Origin: Patescibacteria group bacterium
GTDB lineage: Bacteria > Patescibacteriota > Minisyncoccia > Phycocordibacterales > Phycocordibacteraceae
Direction of reading: 5' to 3'
Assembly (NCBI GenBank): GCA_019744845.1
Contig: JAIETW010000002.1
Location: forward strand, 69,759 to 133,758
Length of the DNA stretch: 64,000 bases
This document shows positions 57,471 through 64,000 of the stretch, piece by piece. The position numbers and the translations under genes are program-made. Below the pieces are notes generated by a model that was not told where the DNA came from, made no database searches, and saw nothing but the letters and a program-made list of their open reading frames with translations. Position 1 is the stretch's first letter. Each line of letters starts with the position of its first letter.

Positions 57471-58697
57471 ATGGGAGCGTTTGATTACTACAAGTACTAC
57501 ACGGGCAAAGCGGCGGATCTTCTTGATCTGTCAGAGGGAGAGCGCATTAAACTTACGACCCCCGATCGTGTACTCAAAGCAGATCTCACCATTCCGCTTG
57601 ATGCCGGCGGGACGGCAACCTTTCCCGCATATCGCGTGCAGTTTAATAATGCGCGTGGTCCATACAAAGGCGGCATTCGTTTTCATACGAGCGCAGACGA
57701 GGATGAGGTGATGGCGCTGTCCGCAATGATGGCCATTAAGTGCGCCGTCGTTGATATTCCGTTTGGCGGAGGAAAGGGAGGAGTGAACGTAGACACGAAG
57801 AAACTTTCACAGAAGGAAATACATGAAGTGGCGCGTGCCTACGTGCGTGCATTCGGAGAACACTTTGGTCCTGATGTAGATGTGCCCGCACCCGACATGT
57901 ACACCAACCCAGAGATCATGGCCGTGATGCTTGATGAGTACGAGACACTTACGGGCACCAAGGCTCCTGCCTTCATCACGGGCAAACCACTAGATAAGGG
58001 AGGAAGCGTGGGACGCGACACCGCAACGGCTGATGGAGCAATCGCGGTATTGAAAGCACTTTTGAATGATCGTCACGTGTCTGCACATACACTTCGTGCT
58101 GCCATACAAGGAGCAGGAAACGCTGGAGCGCAGGCTGCAAAGCTGTTGTGTGACATGGGAACAAAAGTAGTTGCTATGTCTGACTCCAAGGGCACGCTTG
58201 CGGGAGATGAGGTTGATGTTGCAAAAGTATGCGACATCAAGGAAAAGGGAGGTTCAGTATGCGACGACATCAGTTGTGGTGGACAGAACGCACGCATTCT
58301 TTCTCCCGAAGCAGTTATTGAAGAAGAGGCGGAGATTCTCGTTCCTGCAGCGCTTGAAGATCAGATCCGAAAAGACAACGTAGACCGTGTGAAGGCGGGC
58401 ATAGTGCTTGAGATTGCGAACGGACCTACCACTCCAGAAGCGGATGACATTCTTGCGGCTCAGGGAGTTGCGGTGGTGCCTGACGTACTTGCAAACGCAG
58501 GGGGCGTCACCGTCTCATACTTTGAATGGCTTCAGAACAAGAGTGGCGAGACATGGACCAAGGATCAGGTATCTGATCGTCTGTCTGACACTATGCAGGA
58601 GGCATATCGTGATGTGGCTGACTTCGCACTTGATCGGGGCGTTTCTCTTCGTGAGGCAGCCTACGCACTCGCGCTTCTGCGCATTCTTGGGAAGTAG
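57471..58697 (+). CDS. Glu/Leu/Phe/Val dehydrogenase (likely glutamate dehydrogenase)
   Basis: GPYKGGIRF, GGGKGG, VPAPD, ANAGGVTVSYFEW. Confidence 0.92.
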   Translation: MGAFDYYKYYTGKAADLLDLSEGERIKLTTPDRVLKADLTIPLDAGGTATFPAYRVQFNNARGPYKGGIRFHTSADEDEVMALSAMMAIKCAVVDIPFGGGKGGVNVDTKKLSQKEIHEVARAYVRAFGEHFGPDVDVPAPDMYTNPEIMAVMLDEYETLTGTKAPAFITGKPLDKGGSVGRDTATADGAIAVLKALLNDRHVSAHTLRAAIQGAGNAGAQAAKLLCDMGTKVVAMSDSKGTLAGDEVDVAKVCDIKEKGGSVCDDISCGGQNARILSPEAVIEEEAEILVPAALEDQIRKDNVDRVKAGIVLEIANGPTTPEADDILAAQGVAVVPDVLANAGGVTVSYFEWLQNKSGETWTKDQVSDRLSDTMQEAYRDVADFALDRGVSLREAAYALALLRILGK

Positions 58698-58699
58698 CG

Positions 58700-60673
58700 T
58701 TACGGCACTAACTCAAAATCTAGCTCGCGTTCCATCACGCGTGCCGCGATAAGTTTTACTTTAATAGGGTCACCAAGTGCGTACTCTTTCTTCGTGCGTT
58801 CACCGACAAGGCGGTAGCGCTTCTCATCATAGATATAGTAGTCGTTTCCAATCGCAGACACACGGACCATACCGTCGGCACGGGTCTCGTTTAGCTCTAC
58901 ATAGAGACCACGATCGGTGACACCTGAGATCACCCCCTCAAATTCTTCACCAATACGTCCTGCAAGGAATTCTACCTGCTTCATCTTCACGGAATCGCGT
59001 TCTGCTTCTGCGGCAGATACTTCGCGCTCAGATGAATGCACGGCAAGACGCTCAAAATCTTCCATCTCTTTCTTGGACACTGGATCACCCGTAACATAGT
59101 GCTTCAACATGCGGTGCACGAGTACGTCAGGATAGCGACGAATAGGGGAGGTGAAGTGGGTGTAGTGATCAAAGGCAAGACCGAAGTGCCCGACGTTCTT
59201 TGTCGTATAGATCGCCTTAGACATGGAGCGAAGGGTTGCGGTCTTGATCAAGTATTCCTCTGGCTTACCCTTCACTTCACCCATAAGGCGATTCAAGTCC
59301 ACGCCGCGTACGCGACCATCAGGAGTGACGTTAAGGTCGTAGCCAAGCACCTTCAAGAACTGTGCAAGGTTTAGGATGCGCTCTGCATCCGGTGCATCGT
59401 GGATGCGGTAGACGGATGGCTGATTACCATTCTTCTTTCCAAGTGAAGACAATTCTTCAGCCACTGCGACGTTGGCAAGAAGCATAAAGTCTTCAATCAG
59501 AAGATTCGTCTCTTTGCGTTCCTTAAGACGAACGGCGATAGGCTTACCTTCCGCATCAAGCTCAATCTTTACTTCTGGAGTATCAAATTCAATCGCGCCC
59601 TTTGCGACACGGCGAACGCGAATCTTCTTTGCAAGATCACGGATGGTTGCAAGTTCTTCGTAGAGTGTGCCAGAACCGTTATCTAGTACCTCCTGTGCTT
59701 CTTCGTATGCAAAGCGCTTGTCAGAGTGTATGAGGGTTTCGCCAAACCAGCGATCTACCACATTACCCTCGGTATCAAGGGTGAAGACTGCTGCCATCGC
59801 GAGGCGATCTACATCTGGATTCAAAGAACAGAAGTTCGTAGAGAGCACATGGGGAAGCATGGGAATGGTGCGGTCCACGAGATAGACGGACGTGGCACGT
59901 GCGCGGGCCTCAGCATCAATGGTATTGCCTGGCTTTACGAAGAAGGAGACGTCTGCGATGTGTACCCCTACCTCAATCTTTCCATCAGGAAGCGTGCGTA
60001 CTGAAAGGGCATCGTCAAAGTCTTTGGCGTCTGCGGGGTCAATGGTGAAGGTGGTGATGAGACGGAAGTCACGGCGCGCCTGACTCTTCCGGTCCTCATT
60101 CCACGGAATCACGGTCTTCGTCTCTTCCGCAATCATTGCTTCACCAGTCTCTTCAAGCTTCTTGGCATCAGTAACGACACCAGGAGGGAATTCAGAGGAG
60201 AATCCCTGAGAGAGGGCAAGTGCACGCATCTCAGTTTCGTGTACGCCCGCGACCCCAATGTCTTCAATGACTTCACCAGAAGGGAACTCATTTCCTTGGC
60301 GCCAGCCGGTAAACTGGAGCACCACTTTGTGATCTAGGGGAAGAGACGCACCCGATGCTTCAAAGGGCACATACATCTTTTTCCAATCAGGAATAAGAAG
60401 GACGCGGCCACCATCCTGGACCAGTTTTCCTACAAAACGCTCGCGAGTACGAGAGACGACTTCTAGCACTTTTCCTGCGGCGCGCGCTTTGCGGGTGCGA
60501 GGATCAGCATATGCACCGGTGCGTACCACCTTCACAATATCGCCAGGGAAGGCCCCTCCAAGATCCTCTCCAGTGATGAAAAGGTCCTCCTTATCAGGGT
60601 CGTAGGCGAAGAATCCCTTACCCGTTCGGGTGATGGAAATGGGTCCTTCGTACACGGTGTCCTCTCGCTTCAT
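58700..60673 (-). CDS. rnr: Ribonuclease R
   Basis: TIDPADAKDFDDA, HFTSPIRRYPD, S1 domain. Confidence 0.93.
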   Translation of the reverse strand: MKREDTVYEGPISITRTGKGFFAYDPDKEDLFITGEDLGGAFPGDIVKVVRTGAYADPRTRKARAAGKVLEVVSRTRERFVGKLVQDGGRVLLIPDWKKMYVPFEASGASLPLDHKVVLQFTGWRQGNEFPSGEVIEDIGVAGVHETEMRALALSQGFSSEFPPGVVTDAKKLEETGEAMIAEETKTVIPWNEDRKSQARRDFRLITTFTIDPADAKDFDDALSVRTLPDGKIEVGVHIADVSFFVKPGNTIDAEARARATSVYLVDRTIPMLPHVLSTNFCSLNPDVDRLAMAAVFTLDTEGNVVDRWFGETLIHSDKRFAYEEAQEVLDNGSGTLYEELATIRDLAKKIRVRRVAKGAIEFDTPEVKIELDAEGKPIAVRLKERKETNLLIEDFMLLANVAVAEELSSLGKKNGNQPSVYRIHDAPDAERILNLAQFLKVLGYDLNVTPDGRVRGVDLNRLMGEVKGKPEEYLIKTATLRSMSKAIYTTKNVGHFGLAFDHYTHFTSPIRRYPDVLVHRMLKHYVTGDPVSKKEMEDFERLAVHSSEREVSAAEAERDSVKMKQVEFLAGRIGEEFEGVISGVTDRGLYVELNETRADGMVRVSAIGNDYYIYDEKRYRLVGERTKKEYALGDPIKVKLIAARVMERELDFELVP

Positions 60674-60697
60674 TAGTTAGTGCCACTTTAGCATCCT

Positions 60698-60726
60698 TTG
60701 ACTCTTAGTGCCTCATTTGCTAGTCT
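60698..60726 (+). promoter_or_regulatory. sigma70 promoter of rpsP
   Basis: TTGACT-N17-TAGTCT. Confidence 0.65.
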
Positions 60727-60736
60727 TCGTTAACTT

Positions 60737-61180
60737 ATGTTGATGATCCGCTTTCAGCGCATTGGCCGCAAGAACGACCCGTCGTTCCGTATGGTCGTAC
60801 TTGAGAAGGCTTCAGGCCCAAAGGCCGGGAGCAATGTAGAGGTAGTTGGTACCTATAACCCAAAGACCAAGCAGTTTGCTGCTGAGGGTGAGCGCATCCA
60901 GTACTGGATGAGCAAGGGTGCCCAGGTATCCCCATCTCTTATGAACCTTCTTATTGATAAGAAGATCGTAGAGGGTAAGAAGGTAAATGTTCTTCCAAAG
61001 AAGGCTCCTATCAAGAAGGATGAGCCTGAGGTAGCAGCTGCACCTGCAGCCGCCGCTCCTGCCGCAGAGGCTGCTCCAGAAGCAGAGGCAGTCGTAGAGG
61101 CTGCTATTGCTGAGGCAGAGCCAGCTGCAGAAGAGGTGGTCGCTGAGGCCCCAGCAGAAGAGGCTCCTGCAGCCGCGTAG
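60737..61180 (+). CDS. rpsP: 30S ribosomal protein S16 with Ala/Glu/Pro tail
   Basis: IRFQRIGRK, GTYNP, WMSKGAQVS. Confidence 0.95.
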   Translation: MLMIRFQRIGRKNDPSFRMVVLEKASGPKAGSNVEVVGTYNPKTKQFAAEGERIQYWMSKGAQVSPSLMNLLIDKKIVEGKKVNVLPKKAPIKKDEPEVAAAPAAAAPAAEAAPEAEAVVEAAIAEAEPAAEEVVAEAPAEEAPAAA

Positions 61181-61247
61181 GTTCTTCATCACCGCTTCTT
61201 GCGGTGTGTGCTTCTATTAACTGAATATCCCGTAACGCTGACACTCT

Positions 61248-61559
61248 ATGGAACAAGATCACGCATTTCTTGAATACGTTGTTAAGGCTCTCGTTGATAA
61301 TCCTGATCAGGTAGAGATTTCTCGTACCGTTGATGAAATGGGTGTACTTCTTACACTCACCGTTGCTCCAGAAGACATGGGCAAGATTATTGGAAAGGAG
61401 GGAAATATTGCGAAGGCAATCCGCACCCTTCTTCGTGTCGTGGGTATGAAGCACAATGCCCGCGTGAATCTTAAGGTGAATGAACCAGTTGGCGGAAAGC
61501 GCGATGGCCGTCCTGAGGAAATGAAGAGCGTAGATCAGGTGGTTGAGGAGCTTGGGTAA
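61248..61559 (+). CDS. khpA: KH-domain RNA-binding protein KhpA
   Basis: LVDNPD, DMGKIIGKEG..AKAIRTLL. Confidence 0.9.
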   Translation: MEQDHAFLEYVVKALVDNPDQVEISRTVDEMGVLLTLTVAPEDMGKIIGKEGNIAKAIRTLLRVVGMKHNARVNLKVNEPVGGKRDGRPEEMKSVDQVVEELG

Positions 61560-61584
61560 GCTCTTCCAGGTATATACTGGTGCT

Positions 61585-62088
61585 ATGAACTATCACAAAG
61601 GATTTGTGGCTGTATCGGCCCTTCTTATCGTGCTCGGCATTATTGTGGTTGGAGCTGTGGGATATGTGGCACTTAACCCAAACGTGATTCAGGCACCGAC
61701 TGAAGAGGCGGTAGAGGAAGAAAAGAAGGCGGAGACTGGATCCACAGTATCAGGAGATGCAGTTATCACATGGAAGTTTGTTGATACAGGAGAGAAAGAT
61801 TACATCCCATACACGCAGGTGTTCGTGACTGTCGGCACCAAGGTGTATGACATGGGGGAGTTCCAGGGATCATGTAGCGAAATCGGTGCGACTGGTGGCG
61901 TAGATGGGAAAGGACTTCTTGCCGGAGAGCTTTCCGCTGCACAGTGCTGGTTTGCCGGAGGAGGGGACGAGATCGGAGTCTTTGCGCACGAAGATGGTGG
62001 CTACGACATTATGGTCGGAACTCTTGAAGAGCCAATAGAAGGAAGTGCAGGATTCCGCGGGAACTTTGAGGTGAAGATCCCTATCTAA
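61585..62088 (+). CDS. Hypothetical exported protein with pilin-like N-terminus
   Basis: MNYHKGF followed by a hydrophobic helix. Confidence 0.6.
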   Translation: MNYHKGFVAVSALLIVLGIIVVGAVGYVALNPNVIQAPTEEAVEEEKKAETGSTVSGDAVITWKFVDTGEKDYIPYTQVFVTVGTKVYDMGEFQGSCSEIGATGGVDGKGLLAGELSAAQCWFAGGGDEIGVFAHEDGGYDIMVGTLEEPIEGSAGFRGNFEVKIPI

Positions 62089-62093
62089 AAGCA

Positions 62094-62747
62094 ATGCTTT
62101 CGTTTCATCTCATTACGCTTTTCCCAGAGGCATGTGAAGCCTATCTTTCCGCGTCCATTCTCGGACGTGCACGAAAGAACAAGAAGATCGCGGTCGCGTA
62201 TCAGTCACCACGTGATTTTGTAGATAATAAATGGGGGAAGGTAGATGAGCGTCCATATGGTGGAGGTCCTGGCATGGTGATGACGGCGCTTCCGGTTGTG
62301 CGGGCAGTCAAGAAATCCTTGGGGCGCAAAAAGGGGAAGACCGCCATCATCTGGTTCTCTCCATCAGGAAAAGCATTTGATAACAAAGAAGCGGATGTAC
62401 TCACAAAGTTCAATAACGTGGTGCTTGTGTGTGGTCGCTACGAGGGGATTGATGAGAGGGCAAAGAAGATCATTAAGACCACGGGAACTCTTAAGACGTA
62501 CTCCGTCGGCAACGCCGTACTTACCGGAGGGGAAGTGCCTGCGCTCGCGATTGTGGATGCAGTCACGCGTCGTATTCCTGGAGTCTTGGGACGAGACGAG
62601 TCAGTGGAGGAGCGTCGTATTGCATCAAAGGAGGTGTACACCCGCCCAGAGACGATCGTATGGGAGAAGAAGAGCTACAAAGTTCCTTCGGTTCTTAAAA
62701 CCGGGCACCACGCAAAGATTGATGGTTGGAGGGGGAAGAAGCGGTAG
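62094..62747 (+). CDS. trmD: tRNA (guanine-N1)-methyltransferase
   Basis: DERPYGGGPGMV, CGRYEGIDER, VLTGGE. Confidence 0.95.
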   Translation: MLSFHLITLFPEACEAYLSASILGRARKNKKIAVAYQSPRDFVDNKWGKVDERPYGGGPGMVMTALPVVRAVKKSLGRKKGKTAIIWFSPSGKAFDNKEADVLTKFNNVVLVCGRYEGIDERAKKIIKTTGTLKTYSVGNAVLTGGEVPALAIVDAVTRRIPGVLGRDESVEERRIASKEVYTRPETIVWEKKSYKVPSVLKTGHHAKIDGWRGKKR

Positions 62748-62756
62748 AATATCTGT

Positions 62757-63698
62757 ATGGCGAAAGATGAGCTAGGGCCGAGGGGGAAGATGCGCCGCGC
62801 AATCCTCGCTGCTGGCGCAGGAGGACTCATTGCGGGCGAAATACCGCATGCAGAAACTGAAGAGGCAAGGCGCGTACGTGAATCAACGGGCAGATTTAGT
62901 GAACGAGTGCAAGCTGCGCGTGAACTGTCAGGAGAAGATAGAGGAATTGCAGGCGGGGGCATCACTGCATTTCAGCGACGTGCCTATAAAGGACCAGTGA
63001 GTGAAGCTCTCGCGCAAGGCGTAGACCCGACCTATGGAATCCCAAGGGCAACCCCTGGTGATATTGCGCCAGTACTGAGCGATTCTCTTACTGGAATTGT
63101 GCACGACAACAACACTCCTCGTTTAGAGCAAATTATTCGTGACTATGAGGAAGCAGAAGAAGACGCAATTCCACCGAGGGATAAACGATCAAGGTGGCAT
63201 ACAGTTGCCGAATTTAAGGCAAGTTGGGACGCATGGCGAATGTATCTTGGAGTGCCGCAGCAATTTTCTACATTTGAGATTTCCTCTTATAAACCAGAAA
63301 ACGGGTCTCAGGATATTTATTACTACAAACTTTCCAGGGAAGTGTTGAAAGACATCATGGTGAATATGTACGACGACAACGAAGAAGGCTTCTCGGTAGA
63401 GACTCAAGTCGTACGTCAATTTCTCTGGGACGTAGAAGTAGATTTCAATCTTTTGAGCGATCGCGATGCAGCACGTGATTTAGATAATGACCCGAATCGT
63501 GCATATCAAGAGAATCTAACCTTGGGAATATTTTTAGTGTCTAAGGGGCAAGATGAGCGTGGGCACTACGTCTCGTACTATGACCGATGGGATTTCACTC
63601 CAACCGGTAACCTCCAGGCGATAGGGCAGCCATTTGAGATATACGACCGTATTTACTATGACCCTGAGACTAAGGAAGCCCTTAATCCCCAACCTTGA
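62757..63698 (+). CDS. Hypothetical protein
   Basis: 313-aa ORF with YVSYYDRWDF and FEIYDRIYY motifs. Confidence 0.6.
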   Translation: MAKDELGPRGKMRRAILAAGAGGLIAGEIPHAETEEARRVRESTGRFSERVQAARELSGEDRGIAGGGITAFQRRAYKGPVSEALAQGVDPTYGIPRATPGDIAPVLSDSLTGIVHDNNTPRLEQIIRDYEEAEEDAIPPRDKRSRWHTVAEFKASWDAWRMYLGVPQQFSTFEISSYKPENGSQDIYYYKLSREVLKDIMVNMYDDNEEGFSVETQVVRQFLWDVEVDFNLLSDRDAARDLDNDPNRAYQENLTLGIFLVSKGQDERGHYVSYYDRWDFTPTGNLQAIGQPFEIYDRIYYDPETKEALNPQP

Positions 63699-63878
63699 CC
63701 CTTTTTAGCCCCAGGTGTATCTTTTAGGGAACCAGAACAGATTGAGTGACGGGGGCACTCTGGGGGGAAACATTCGGGCGACAATATTTTACAAGCGTCT
63801 CAAGGAACGAGGCGCAGGTCCATGCGCATATGGACCCGTTTTCCGTTCCTGTACGACATACGTTCACGGATACTACAT

Positions 63879-64000
63879 ATGCCGACAAAGAAGAACCTTG
63901 TGCAGAAGACCTTCGCTGCGTTTCGCAAGCCACGCGTGGAGTTCCCGGACTTGGTCGCCCACCAGCGCCAGTCCTTTGAGTGGCTCGTCAAAGACGGGTT
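63879..64000 (+). CDS. rpoB: RNA polymerase beta subunit, N-terminus (partial)
   Basis: MPTKKNLVQKTF...FPDLVAHQRQSFEWLVKDG resembles the RpoB N-terminal PDL..Q..SF.W motif. Confidence 0.8.
   Translation, partial: MPTKKNLVQKTFAAFRKPRVEFPDLVAHQRQSFEWLVKDG

Overview
Gene-dense bacterial chromosome segment. Gene content and style point to a Patescibacteria/CPR (Parcubacteria-like) genome: truncated PheS/PheT, short SMC, NusB-Nudix fusion, sortase with IPYTG substrate, and -10 boxes just upstream of start codons. This taxonomy is an inference. The housekeeping backbone comprises gap, rpiB, rpe x2, split transketolase, fbp, a PfkB kinase, a class I aldolase, rplY, rpmE2, prfA, rpsB, tsf, tRNA-Thr(TGT), pheST, gyrB, thrS, dnaE, rnhB, rpmF, nusB, rnc, smc, a Glu dehydrogenase, rnr, rpsP, khpA, trmD and the start of rpoB. 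Five observations stand out. (1) At 52.2-54.5 kb, unrelated single genes are each delimited by a ~30-bp direct repeat; the first copy reads as the 3' end of a tRNA-Gln. This looks like a cassette array, with no integrase in the window. (2) An 8-kb operon encodes six membrane-anchored Cys/His-rich paralogs, Cys-less cupredoxin domains and a predicted His1 protein, suggesting an extracellular copper system. (3) A Thr7 leader-peptide attenuator lies upstream of thrS. (4) A two-gene surface module is duplicated, with conserved C-termini. (5) Several enzymes have substituted catalytic residues.
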